This document shows, piece after piece, positions 35,501-46,700 of a stretch of DNA of 64,000 bases (the first letter of the stretch is position 1; every line of letters begins with the position of its first letter). The notes beneath the pieces were generated by a model. It saw only the letters and a program-made list of their open reading frames with translations, did no database searches and was not told where the DNA came from. The position numbers and the translations under genes are program-made. The stretch is from Podarcis filfolensis (taxonomy: Eukaryota): assembly GCA_964270895.1 (NCBI GenBank), contig OZ185439.1. One strand, given 5' to 3'.

Positions 35501-36788
35501 ACATGCTGGAGAAAACTGCAACTGCTTCAAAATGATGAGGGACAATTTGCACAATTTGCAAACCATTTGCACAGCAAGTTTGATATTAATTGGGGTACGA
35601 AAAAAGACCAAATTATGCTAACCAAACAACTGGCATGGTGAACTCAAATCCAGAGGTTAACCAGTAACCATTAATCTGTTTCCTGTTGTAAACCCTCAAG
35701 GCAAATTTTTAATGTGCTCAATAAACTCAAACCCCTGAAGGGAACACTCAGGCAAAAGCGTATTTGCCATCTTAATTACACGAGTACCAAAAAATAAAAA
35801 ATGCATCTGCAGAGTATTTGTCAAGCTTTCCCCACCCTTTTTACATACTTCCTGGATTAATATCACAATTGGCACCTGTCCACCTCTAGCCTTTCATATG
35901 CTCTAAGGGAACTTGATCAAACTAGCAGACAAAGTTTGCATCCCTCCTCCTAAAAGCGTAGCACACTTTACATACATAGAGAATGTGCTCGTTAAGACCC
36001 TCCATTTTTCATTACCGATATTCCTCCCACTTTTAAGGAAATAAAACCCACCCCTTCTACACTTAAGGGACGCTGGAAGATTCAGCAAGCCCCACACCAT
36101 CTATCTTCCACCACATCAGCTTCCTTCTTTTCTTTCCGGGGATCTCTTCAGCCTGGTCTCCCAATTCTCACCCTTACTCATGCGCAGCCCTCTTGCACAC
36201 CGTTTGCCCCTGTCACTCGCCTGGAAGACACACGAGCAACCCCCACCCCCGCTCTCTGCCCACCACGCGCCCCATTCCTCTCAAAGGGTCTGGCCCAGCA
36301 ATTATGGGGGAAATGAGAGGAGGAAAGAAAAAAGGAATCCCCCCCACCGCAAAGTGCCCGCAGTCTCGTTTACGCTTCAGCCTCTACCCACCCAGCCACC
36401 CCCCTCCCCGAGACCGCTGCCAATTCCCATATGGGATCAGGAGCGGGGCGGGGAGTCTTCACCAACCCCCCCTCCCAGCCCCCCTATTTCTCCTCAGCTC
36501 CACCACCCCCCTCCCTCCCACCGCCTGCTTAAAGCTCTCGATTGTTTCCTCCTTCCTTTCTTTTTTCTCTCAGTGTCTCTTTTTTCTCTAGGTCTCCTCA
36601 ACTCTCCTCTCCTCAACTCACAGGATGCCGGAGCAGGAGGTACACACGAAGCTGCCCACCGTCATGTCGGTGTAGGTGGGGCCGCGCTGGTCGCAGTCGA
36701 AGCACTTGCGGTTGGGCGGGAGGCTGCTCATCTCCCTCAGCAGCTTCAGGTGCTTCTCCTCCTGCTTCCGCTTGGCGCTCGCCGCCAT
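11511..36788 (-). CDS. AGFG1: Arf-GAP domain and FG repeat-containing protein 1 (HRB/RIP); 13 exons give 560 aa, or 585 aa with the cassette exon at 21382..21456
   Basis: N-terminus MAASAKRKQEEKHL with an ArfGAP zinc finger (CFDC..CTSC..R), FG repeats, and four NPF motifs ending STNPFL*. The 13 exons sum to 1683 nt with consistent phases. Confidence 0.97.
11947..12038 (-). CDS. AGFG1: AGFG1 exon 12 (92 nt)
   Basis: GAGFAAFGQAKPVVTPFGQVTAVGVSSNPFM; donor gtaagt. Confidence 0.95.
12266..12401. mobile_element. URR1-like hAT MITE
   Basis: 34-bp TIRs with 32/34 identity (CAGGCTTCCTCAACCT..GCCCTCC.GATGTTTT); 8-bp TSD gtttacta/gcttacta. Confidence 0.85.
13052..13207 (-). CDS. AGFG1: AGFG1 exon 11 (156 nt)
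   Basis: AATFGTASMSMPAGFGTTASYSLPTSFSGNFQQPAFPAQAAFPQAAFTQQPN. Confidence 0.95.
15162..15534. mobile_element. Tigger/pogo-like MITE
   Basis: TIRs CAG(A/G)CGTCTCCCCACTTA at both ends, flanked by CA...CA. Confidence 0.65.
15663..15755 (-). CDS. AGFG1: AGFG1 exon 10 (93 nt)
   Basis: ATPSTNPFVAAPVAAVAPSTNPFQTNSRAAT, containing two NPF motifs. Confidence 0.95.
16001..16080 (-). CDS. AGFG1: AGFG1 exon 9 (80 nt)
   Basis: NAFGTVPVGANTQTQPASSSVPAQFG. Confidence 0.94.
16855..17038 (-). CDS. AGFG1: AGFG1 exon 8 (184 nt)
   Basis: GGSEPGSGFGAAHTVPAGPTVSAPRQPSASSDKYAALAELDSVFSSTATSSNAYTSTSNVS. Confidence 0.95.
18157..18272. mobile_element. Short palindromic MITE-like repeat (related copy at about 42403-42498)
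   Basis: Ends ..tatccaa / ttgga(c/t)ac.. with an internal gagtaga / ttaatgaa core shared by both copies. Confidence 0.45.
18823..19090 (+). mobile_element. Old MIR-like/Squam-type tRNA SINE, interrupted
   Basis: Head gagccagtgtggtgcagtagttg..., core ctcacaaggttgcaatgagagg, tail atgctaccctgacctgcttggaagaaaag. Confidence 0.5.
20096..20299 (-). CDS. AGFG1: AGFG1 exon 7 (204 nt)
   Basis: GGSAGSVNANFAHFDNFPKSSSADFGAF...ADKYAALANLDNIFSTGQ. Confidence 0.96.
21382..21456 (-). CDS. AGFG1: AGFG1 in-frame alternative cassette exon (75 nt)
   Basis: gtccag|CGTTCAGA...GCGCA|gtaagt; encodes AFRTLSSSCSFGEFTTSAFPLQAVRS, which resembles the insert of the long human isoform (AFRMLSSSCSFGEFTSAFPLQATHS, recalled). 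Confidence 0.85.
22030..22149 (-). CDS. AGFG1: AGFG1 exon 6 (120 nt)
   Basis: AQNSANAGFANFDAFGQSSGSSNFGGFPTASQSAFQHQNT. Confidence 0.95.
24764..24917 (-). CDS. AGFG1: AGFG1 exon 5 (154 nt)
   Basis: SPVVNRSQGQSQEKKQFDLLSDLGSDIFAAPAPHSTATANFANFAHFNSHT. Confidence 0.96.
25095..25390 (-). mobile_element. L2 LINE 3' fragment
   Basis: Reverse complement of the L2 C-terminal and 3' region (gcattccacagacaaagg..., ggagtcctgagccatgtaaggctttg). Confidence 0.55.
25564..25726 (-). CDS. AGFG1: AGFG1 exon 4 (163 nt)
   Basis: YVPPEQAKVVASVHASISGSSASSTSSTPEVKPLKSLLGESAPALHLNKSTPTQ; donor gtgagt. Confidence 0.97.
25822..26191. mobile_element. hAT non-autonomous element
   Basis: TIR CAG(G/T)GGTTCCCAA; perfect 8-bp TSD CACTATAG at 25814-21 and 26192-99. 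Confidence 0.85.
26888..27060 (-). mobile_element. Squam3-like tRNA-derived SINE
   Basis: tRNA-like head (reverse complement tagctcagtggtagagcatctgatttgcatgcagaaggcccc) plus a CR1-like tail ending aggaagctg; related copy at 60207-60380. Confidence 0.6.
27642..27757 (-). CDS. AGFG1: AGFG1 exon 3 (116 nt)
   Basis: VCKQIWLGLFDDRSSAIPDFRDPQKVKEFLQEKYEKKRW. Confidence 0.97.
28713..29076 (-). mobile_element. Full-length Sauria SINE
   Basis: On -, starts GGGATGCGGGTGGCGCTGTGG (A box), has B box GGTTCAAATCC and a (ACCTTT)n tail; flanked by a 41-bp direct repeat. Confidence 0.9.
31755..32170 (+). mobile_element. CR1 LINE ORF2 (RT N-terminal) fragment, decayed
   Basis: With frameshifts it translates to GPDGI..EIAEPL..IPEDWKVANVTPIFK.G.RGDPGNYR..KLVESIVKDKI. 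Confidence 0.8.
32640..32950 (+). mobile_element. CR1 LINE ORF2 end and 3' UTR
   Basis: TRGHPLKL...RTDKRKYFF followed by ttggatggcttt...ggactagac...ggcctgattcaacaggct. Confidence 0.7.
33827..33920 (-). CDS. AGFG1: AGFG1 exon 2 (94 nt)
   Basis: RGLNPPHRVKSISMTTFTQQEIEFLQKHGNE; ag/gtaagt junctions. Confidence 0.97.
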
Positions 36789-37330
36789 GGCTTCGGAGGA
36801 GGCGGCCGGGTAATGTGTGTGTGTCTGTGAGCGCGCGCGGAGGTATAGAGGCCGCTCCCCGGGCTCGCTCACGCCGGCCGGGGAATGAGGAGGGAGGCCG
36901 GGACCCGTCCGGCTCCGAGACGCCCGTGAGGGGAGCGCGAGGGGGACGAGGCTTGGGCCCGCGCCCCTGGCGCGCGCGCGCAACCCCAACTGACGGACCG
37001 ACGGAAGGAAGGGAAGAAGGGAGGGGGGAAAGGGAAGGAGGGGGAGGGGAGCGGCGTCGGCCCTCGGCGAGGAGGACGGGGCGGCTGAATGACGAGCCGA
37101 AGCGGAACCTGCGCGGCACCTTTTCTCTGTAGAGACAAGGAGAGGAGGAGGAGGGGGGGAGCGAGGAGGAGGTGGAGAGCAGCTCGGCGATAAGCCGCCG
37201 CCTGCGCCCTGAAGGCGCCTGACGACGAGCGCCCCCTCCCGCATGGGAGGATTCTTTCCACGAGCGGCTCCTTCCCCGTTCTATCTCATTCTCTCCCCCC
37301 CACCTCGCCCTGTGGGAGATGCTTACCTGG
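36180..37330 (-). promoter_or_regulatory. CpG island: AGFG1 promoter, 5' UTR and start of intron 1
   Basis: Abrupt GC- and CpG-rich segment around exon 1 in an otherwise CpG-depleted window. Confidence 0.85.
36622..36788 (-). CDS. AGFG1: AGFG1 exon 1 coding part (167 nt)
   Basis: GAAGCCATGG Kozak start; MAASAKRKQEE...CTSCSGIL; donor gtgagt. Confidence 0.97.
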
Positions 37331-38421
37331 CGTGACCCTGCAGGTGGTTAAAAATAAGTAAATAGGAAAAGAGAAGGAAGAGAAGGAGCAGAAACAACAA
37401 CAACCTGGCCCAGTTGCAGGGGGAGGTGGCGAGAAGAGGTCAAAGAGAGAAATGTCAGAGTTAGGGAAGGGATGGAGACAGATGGGGCAACTGGCGGCCA
37501 ATAAGCAGCAAATGACCACCACCCCCCTCTGAGATTTTGTCCCCGCAATTCTGCCTGATTTTATTGAAATATTTTACCCATGGCATGTCTAGTCCATAGT
37601 TCCTAGCTGTGGCCTGCTAAAAAGGCCCCCAGCAGGCAGGACACGATAGTTCCATAGCCCTCTCCGCGGCTATTTCCCAGCTGCTTGCATTCAGAAGCAG
37701 GCAGGATCCGAAGCTGGAGGCAGTATATAGCCACCCCGCTATTTCGTTGGTAAGGTAAAGTGTGTGAGAGAGAAAGGGTGTGTGTGTGTGTTGCACCCAC
37801 GCACAGCGAGGGTGTGTTCTATGCGAGCAAACCACTACAAGGCAGCTCTTTAAATCCACTGGCCCCGATCCAACAGAGTTAATCAGTATGCGGATCAAAG
37901 CAGTGCCCTAAGCAGTGCTATCCACGTTCACTGTTGTTGAACGGTGGTCTGAGTGCTTCTCCAGGTAAGAGCACTGGTCCATCAGGGCATTGTCTACTCT
38001 GACTGACGGCGAGCACAGCATACTGTGGCTAGGGTTGCAATTTTCAAAAAGTAAAAATTCCTGACACCCCGCAAAGTTGTTGAGCTTTCTATAGGAAGAT
38101 CCCAAAATTGTTGAGCTTTTTTGGGCTTTTTCCATCACACTGCCATACTTATAGGTTTCCTCTGGCATTTTACCTATTAGGTAAAATTCCTGATATTTTG
38201 TGCACCCTTAAGAAATTGCGAGGAGGAATTCTGGCAAGAGGAATCTAAGGGGAAAGGACTTCCCTCTGGAGCACATGAGAGCTTTTGGACTTTACCCAGG
38301 TGGGTTGGGTGCTGCTATCACCATGTACACATCAGTTACGTGTGGGGCAAGGCAGAAAAGGCTGGTGTGAGAGGAGCAATGAGTCCAGCTGGTATGCTAC
38401 CCAGTAGAGCTAGCTTATCAG

Positions 38422-38562
38422 CAGAGGCGTACCTAGGCTCCCTTGTGCCCTTGGCAAGGAGATGCATCAGTCCCTTGCATCCTTGCCAGAATATTTTTTG
38501 CAATTTTTGTGCTCCTATGGGTCCACACCCTTTACTGGCGCCAACCCCTGGGTACACCCCTG
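38422..38562. mobile_element. Short hAT MITE
   Basis: TIR CAG(A/G)GG(C/T)GTACC; TSD cttatcag/cttttcag. Confidence 0.6.
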
Positions 38563-40414
38563 CTTTTCAGGCAACAGAAAGGAAAGGATTGGTCTCATTG
38601 GTTCCCAGAGGTGGGAGCTGGGGGCAGAAAGAGCTCATTGACCTGTGCAAGCCCCACAAGCTCTTCTGTCCCATTCATTCAGTTTTTGCTAGGCATCCGA
38701 AATGTGAATGTGAACATGTTACCCTATACCAGGGCTCAAACTCCTGTCTTCTGCTATGTCTTTGGCTTCCTTCATCTGGCCCCTTCCTTTTTACTACTGA
38801 CCCCTCCAGGGTGTCTTGAACCCTCATCCAGGAGGGCTGCTTATGGTCTTTGCAGGCATTCTGCTCAGATAAGTTGTCTCCCTCCCTTAAGAATGCTGTA
38901 CTACAAAACTGTGGCTATGAACAGATAAGGGCATTTGAACCCCTTCCTGAAGGGGTTGGCAGAATGAGGTGGTGCAAGGATTCCGCCCCTGTGGTCATGA
39001 GTTCAGTTGGATCGCTGACTTCTAGTGGAGCAGTCCAGTTGGTGGCTTTGGCAGCGTTTTCAAGGAGATTGGGAGTGGGTGTATTCCATTTTTAGTTTCT
39101 GCATTTTCTGATTTCCTTGGGCTACGTACATATCATTCAGCAGCATATCTCCCCCTCACCCCGCCACACACACACACACACCAGCGCATAACTGGTGTGT
39201 AGAATTGCTCTCTAAAAGCTCTCTATAGCTAATAGCAGCTTTTAGAATTAACATTTACTTTCACTTTAAGAAGCTAATTCAAGGTTTTAATGCCACAAAT
39301 GCATTCCATTTTCAGAATAAAAAACCAGGAACTAAAAGCATGCTTGGGCATGCGTTAATGTTTTTTGAAAGCTATGATCAGCTGTCATTTTCATTTCTAA
39401 ATCCCTATGTGCATAGCACAGTGGCAAATATATTTTTGCATGCTCCATTGGAATGCTTGGTCTCGCAGAATTCTTGTTCATTCCAGTGAGAGATGCATAC
39501 ACAGTAATAGTCCAGTAGAAATTTGCAGAAGCACACAACGGGCAAGTAGCAAAAGGGAACGTTGTTTGAAACTGAGTGAAGCCTTTTAAATAATGTGTTG
39601 CAAACCAGCATTGCCCACTGGAATGCAGAACTTGGACCTGGGCATAAAACTATACACAGTCATGAATTCACTGAGTAATCAAGGAAGATGACACAATCTC
39701 AGTTCTACTTCCCCTTCAAGAGAGATACATTATCTTCTCTTCCAAGTATGGGAATTCAAATAAACAGAGTACAAAGGAATGAAGAACTGGCCTCTCTCCA
39801 CAATGAAAGGAATGCTGAAGACAGTAGCTCATGTGAATCATTGCTACATATTGATTACTCTTTTTTTCAAACAGATTTAATCAACCGAGAGGAATTTTAA
39901 GTAGAAGGGAAAGAAAAATGGGATGCAAAGGTTAACATGTTTGTTGTAGCTTTTTACTCAGTTTCATTAATGCTAAGCATGCCTGATGAAATTAGCAGAT
40001 ATTTTTCATAATGGGTTTTGGAAGTAATGGAAATAGATGACTCTAGAGATTGGGATAATGGACTATATTGATTCTTTGGGATACATGAATAAATTAAAAG
40101 CCGATTTTCTTCCTTTTTTGTTCCTTGTAATATGAGAAAATATATACAGCTGGGTAACTTTTGAAAGTTGTTGTGACATAGATGTTCAGAAGACAGAGTC
40201 AGTACTAGCTGTTATATAACTCATATTTATGAGTTAATTTTATGCTATAGGGAAATCTGAAATGCAGTGTTGGCCTAAATTATACTAGCATTTTGTATTG
40301 TAGAGTTCCCTCAGTACTCTACACTTGCTCTGAGCCTATGCAACACAAGGTTTAACGGAGCTTTCAGCATACCATAATGCATGAATGCAAGAAAAAATAT
40401 GTACCACAAACATG

Positions 40415-40420
40415 TTTATT
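40415..40420 (-). terminator. Candidate polyadenylation signal of MRPL44
   Basis: AATAAA on - about 110 nt after the stop. Confidence 0.55.
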
Positions 40421-40530
40421 AGCAGTAAGGGAAACTGGTATTTTCAAAATCTTAGTTTCTTAATAGTTCATTAAATCTTGTTCCTCTAAAATGTAGCATT
40501 CTTGCACACATAAGAAGTGACCTTTTCTGC

Positions 40531-40702
40531 CTAATTGCTGCTAATAGCATTTTCTGCTTTCTGCTCCCATTTTGGAGAAGAATAATCCCATGGCTTTCTG
40601 TTCTCAGTAAACCCATAAAGTTTCCGCAGGGCTACACGTGCAGCCTCTTCTTCAGCTGCTAATATTGTTTCAGCAGTACCTTCTGCCAGAAGCTTCTTAT
40701 CA
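40531..40702 (-). CDS. MRPL44: MRPL44 exon 4 (172 nt)
   Basis: [59 protein letters not shown]. Confidence 0.95.
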
Positions 40703-43700
40703 CTGAAAAAGAGGAAATACTTTTATGAGAAGTCTTAATTAATTAATTAATACATACTGTGCATATAGATAAAGGTAAATAAGGTAAATGACCCTTGGAC
40801 AGTTAAGTCCAGTCAAAGGCTACAATGGAATTGCAGCACTCATCTCACTTTCAGGCCAAGGGAGCCGGCGTTTGTCCACAAGCAGCTTTCTGGGTCATGT
40901 GGCCAGCATGACTAAACCGCTTCTGGTGCAACAGAACACCATGATGGAAGCCAGAGTGCACAGAAACAACATTTACTATGTATATATGACAATATAGAAG
41001 GAAACAACAATACTGCCTTCCTTTTTCCTAAGTTGTATGTCCAAGTCCCAATGGGCCATGTGATAAATATTCACAGGCAATTTTAATTCACTGAGCCTCA
41101 ACTTACATGCTGAGTAACAAGATCTAACAGATTCAGAATGAAGTCCAGTTAAGTACTTGGCAGGAAATAAACAACAGTCATGTTTATACAACCAAGAATT
41201 TAATTTGTAAGATTACTCCAAGCATTCAGAGAAGACAAGGAGATAGGAATGAACTATAAAACAGTAGTGATAACAAAGCTGATAGTAGGACTAAGATAAA
41301 GTAAAGACAAAAGATAAAGTCAAGACAAAAGCTTGGTTATGTAATTAAATTCTCTCCTCCTCCCTTTTAAAGATTAAAAATACATCAGATTAATCTGAGG
41401 CATTCACAGCAACCTAACATTTTGACATTACACTTTCTGTACTGACATTTCAAGGAAGTAAACAGTGAATCAGGCTAAAGAATGCCAGACAAGTCTCCTC
41501 TTGTCAGAACAGTCTGACACACATTTCTTGTACAACTGCCAAGCTGAAAGATTTATTGGTACACTGATACCTAACATTTTTGGAGAGTGGAAACTAACAG
41601 AAGCATGTAGCTTCTTTATAAGATGCATCTCACACCTTAGCAAAAAATGTGACTAGATAAAAAGCCAGTTCTGATTATCTTACCAACTAAATGGGGTAGA
41701 AGTGCCCGCTAGGAGTGCCAATGCCACATCACAGGCCCTAGCAGATCTACTTGTGGGGGCATCACATTTGACTCACCAATATGCCATGGTTGATTCCCAG
41801 ATTACATTGATTGCATGGTCAGGGCTTAGGCTGTGATATATTTCATGCACTGATTCAAATGCAACATCCACACATACAACCTGTGGGCCTAGAAGCAGGA
41901 CAGGTATGATCTCACAATACACAGCAAGTAAGGTCATTCAAACCAGTCTCAGGTCTTACTAACCAATACAATCCAACGAAGTACAAGGGCACTACAGTGC
42001 TAGCTCCTGACTGTCGAGTTAGTCTTGGTTCTGGAGCAGACACATTCCTCTTGGCCAGTTCCTCCAGCAGCAAGCCCATTGGGTTCATAACATTCCACAT
42101 CTCAAACAGATCTTTTCCTATCATTTGAGGAATAAAGAAGTCCTGAATATAAAAATGGAAAATTTTCAGATGTCAATTCACTTTGATTCCTGGTATGTAT
42201 TTTTAATTGATAATGATTGTTACAAAGAGCCATGGTTATAAATGTATCTTGTTAATTCTAATTGTTCAAAGACAGAAAAACTTGATAGCCAACAGGCTGG
42301 GAGTAATACAGAGCACAGATTAATATTTTAAAATAAATGTTAAGAAATAAAAACATACAATCCTTTAAAGTCAAACAGAACTGTTAAGGATTACGTGGCT
42401 ATGGGTTGTATCCAATGTTGATCATATTCTGAGCAGATCCACTAAAATTAATGAATGCATGACTAGCTTGCTCTGAGTAGAACCTAGTTGGATACATCTC
42501 TGTATTTCTTGCTAAGGCTAACTGCTGATACATCATGCTGTTTATGATGAACTAAGTATGCCTCTCTCAAGACACTTCACAATCAAGGACATTTTTTATT
42601 TGCATATTAATAGGAAAAAGTTTCTTGTAGATTAATGCAGCTGAAATGAACACGTTGCATCCCTCTTTGGGGGACAGAGAAAGCTAGCCATTACGATTTG
42701 GTGCCTGTTCCCACCAACAGGCCTGCATGCAGATAAAGACATCAAGCATACAAGACAGCCTGCTAGTTATATCACATGTTCTCTGAAATCACCCACTAAA
42801 AGGACAGAGGTAGTTAAGCTAGTGGTCCTTCTGACCCGTGAAGGCAGTGCAAAGACCCAACCACATATTTGTGAAGTGCCTTGCCCCGAACTCAGGCCAG
42901 AGCCCTACTTATTGCAGTAGTTGTGTGTGCTGTAAGCAGACTAATAAACAATGCCATAGCACTATAGTTCTACTAATATAGCTGGACATGCATGCTTTGT
43001 AATTAGCAGTGGGAGCTCTCCAGTTTTCAGATGTCTGTATTAAATGTACATATGCAGGCCTTTGTCTCTTCCAAACCTTAATGCTTCATTTAACATTTTA
43101 AAAATAAAACATTTTAAAATCCCTGTTAGTATTTTGTATAATCCAGTTTTCAAAAGTAAGTTGGAGTGATATCAATGCATGAAAGCACCATGCCAAAAGA
43201 AGACTGGGTCATAGAGGTCACTGCACCTGAATTATTATTAATATTGTTATTAATTTAATTTGTATATCTGTAGATCTCAGGGCAGTTCCCAATTACAACT
43301 TGGGTAATACAGTAATATATAATGTAATAGAACCTATATTACATTATATATTACTGTATTTTCTAGGTGGAACATTGGTTTTCTTGGGCACAATTTACAA
43401 ACACTCCTGCCATAAGCTGCTTGCAGCATTATTTCTACTTCAATCACACACATGGAGTTAAAGCTAAGAGGATGGTTGTAGGAGATTACACACTATATGC
43501 TTGGGCAGCAGAATGCAATTTATCATTCCTTTAAGTGTTATGACAGAGAGCACTGTAGTCTTGGATGGGTGCCAAAGAACTATTAATTACGCTATACATA
43601 ACAATATTATAGTGCACAATAACTTACCCTCACAAAGATCTCTGTTCTCTGAGAGCCACTACTTTGAAGCAATGCTCCTATTACAGCAAAGAAAGTCTTC

Positions 43701-46700
43701 TGAAGCACATTAGGTGGCACAGGAAATTCTGCGCAAAGTGTGAAGTCTTGTAGAGACAGGTTTCTGGCCAAATAAGACACTAATTCCTCACTGGTAAGAA
43801 AGTTAACAAGTGCCTCAATGCCAGCTTGTGGAATTTTTGGATAGGCTTCTTCCAAGCACCGCGTGAGGTAAGATCGTGAAAAAGAGATACCCTTCAGAGA
43901 AAGTTCATTATTATCCTTGAGATTAAGGGCAATTGCTTCTTTGTCTAGTCCCAGTTCTTGGCGTCTTGACTCTTCTTGTTTAATATAACAACGGTTAACA
44001 AATGCAGTTTTGAGGAATTCCAATGAAAACTTCTCATGCAACCGGTGGCTAAAAGCCTGTATTTCTGCATGGTAATCCCAGTTAGGTTTCTCAGAGCTAA
44101 ATAATGACAAAAAGCAAGAAAACAATAATGAAAGGCATTTGAATGGGACGGAGAACCTGTGGCCCTGCTATGTTGTCGGATTACAACCCTCATTATCCAT
44201 GACTACTGGCCGTGCCAGCTGGGGCTGATGGAGTCCAACCACAGATTGTCCATCCCAACTCTAGCCGATCATTCTGAACTAGATTTTACAAAACAAATAT
44301 TACATTCCCAATTGTTCCATGTTTTGTTTCTGACAGTTTAGGAAAACCTTGAGTGCAAGAATGCAAAGCTTAATAATGCATTATGCCGAATAACACAAGT
44401 TATTTGCTGTTAGCTTAAACATTTTGGGAAGAGAGAATCTGATGAACCCATAGTCCCTTAATTTCAATGGCTCTACTCTTATTATGACTTAGTTGAATAT
44501 CATCCACTATCTTTAATTACATAAGCTTTAATTTACTGTACATTAATTTATGCAAGGGTAAACTGTCTAATGTTGAACAAAGTGGCGAAAAGGCAGGCAT
44601 AAAATTCATGTAGAAATCAAATGCTTCGGTCTGGTTTGCACATCCTGCTAAGCCAAAGTGAAACTATTGTTAATCAAGCCATTGTTTATTAAACAAGGAC
44701 AAGTCACCCCACATACAATCAAACAGCTCTTGCCTTGTTTCATGCGGTTGGCTTGTTTAACTCCTGCCTACTTTGCACTCCCTGTCAGACATCCTGAAAG
44801 CCTTTGCAGTGTCATACTGCTGGAGTTGCCTCACTGTGACACCATGCCTCTTCCCACAGATCAAGAATGAAAAAACACTCTCAAAGTCAAGCAATAAAGT
44901 GTTTCTTAACCTTTTCCTTATATCACTCTGCTCTACTTTGCATCCTTACTTTGAATCCTCAGCATGAGTCCCCAGCAGGTATTTAACTACTGGCTAAAAT
45001 GTAAGTGAATGATGAAATGCTTTATCGGAAATAATTGACTTTTAGTCCATAATGGGAGAAATCCATGTATTTTTCACTATGGTCAATAGTTACTTACAAA
45101 CTAAAATTTGCAACATGTGTGGCAAGTAAGTCCAGCTTAGCCAGTTGGTTAGTATGCCATTTGAAGGGCTGACTACAAACTTGCAATTAAGTCACTTTTT
45201 ATAGATTATACTCAATTCCAGTTTTACCTATCCCCTCATTATAGCATTTTGAACTGTGATGATTTATGGCTTTTTTATTCTATACAGTCTTACCTCGGGT
45301 TACAGACGCTTCAGGTTACGTCTTTTCGGGTTGCGGACCACCGAAACCCGGAAGTACCAGAACGGGTTAGTTCTGGGTTTCGGTGGTTGCGCATGCACAG
45401 AAGCCCTAAATCGTGCTTTGCTCATAAGTGCTGAATCGCAACCCGCGCGTGCGCAGACGCGGGTTGCGAACACTGCAGGTTGCGAACGTGCATCCCGCAC
45501 GGATCACATTCACAACCCAAGCGTCCACTGTATTGTGATGAGCTATGGTTTTGATTGACTGAAAAACCTGTCATCTCAACTCAAGTTGATATTCCATGCA
45601 TCTGATTATAAGTGTTCTCTGGTCTGATTATAAGTGTTCTCTGGTCTCTGGTCTTATGTCATGGGGCGGGAGCCACCCTGAAGCCTTTGTGGATGCAAAT
45701 ATATGTATACAGAGGCAATATATATAGTACACACTATTACATTAGCGTAGCCAGCGGTGTGTGGGGGGGGAGCTGCCCCCCTTCAAGTAAATAAATAAGA
45801 GGACTTAACTGACCAATTGTGTCGCAGATAACTCAGTTTTGCCCCCCCACATAAAGCCTGCCCCTCCCTAAAATAAATCCCAGTTACACCCATGCACTCT
45901 TAAACATATGGGGAGCCTCCCATTTCAGACACTATGACAGCCTTCCTTCCCTACCATTTTTTTACCAACCAGTATCAGGCTGGCACTTGCCCTGGTGTCT
46001 GCTGAAGACATTCTTATTTAGGCAAGCCTATCCACAGGTTTAGAAAAAATGCATGAGTATTAATTTACGTTATCATGCTTTTTAACTTTCTGCATGTTTC
46101 AAATTATGGCTGCGGAGATTTTAGCAATATAACTTTATTATTATTTTTTCATAAGCAGCCTTGAGGCTTCTCTCTCTCCCCACCCCCACCCCGCCCTACA
46201 ATCAAGCGGTAATTTATTTAAAAATGAAAATAATTAATTAAAATAACTAAAAATAAATACTCCACGACTGACAGCGGCAACCCGTCTCTCTCGCCAGCCC
46301 ACCTCCTCAAAAGAAGTCACTTTGCAAGCCCGGCAAAGTGATAAGACGGGGCTGTTTGAAACAGCCTGTTTAGGGGGCGGGGGACAAAAACCCTGCCATT
46401 CCCACGTTCCTTTCTTCCTTTCCCGAGTTTCTGACACGCATCCCGCCAAAGAAACATTTTCGACTCCTGATTTCTCCTCAACCCCAGAAGCAAGCGAAGG
46501 CAGCAGCCCTATTCGGCGAGGGACGCTCGTTAGCCGACGGTCAAAGCTTTGCTCTAGGGAAGGAGACGGGCGGGAAAGGCGAGCAGCCCGCGCCAGGCCC
46601 TCCCTCGTCCCCGCTCTTTCTAAGCCTCCGTCCTCCCAACAGGCAGGCAGGCAGGCAGGCAGGCATCCATCCATCCATCCATCCATCCTCCTTCCCCCCT

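Noticed and set aside
36180-37261. Several 130-216 aa ORFs on both strands
   Set aside because: Stop-poor CpG island; only the frame containing AGFG1 exon 1 matches a known protein.
37330-40400. Possible TM4SF20 or another gene between MRPL44 and AGFG1 (also checked 47900-50300)
   Set aside because: No L6-family or other recognisable coding exons; ORFs such as 38340..38928 overlap a MITE and GC-rich noncoding DNA.
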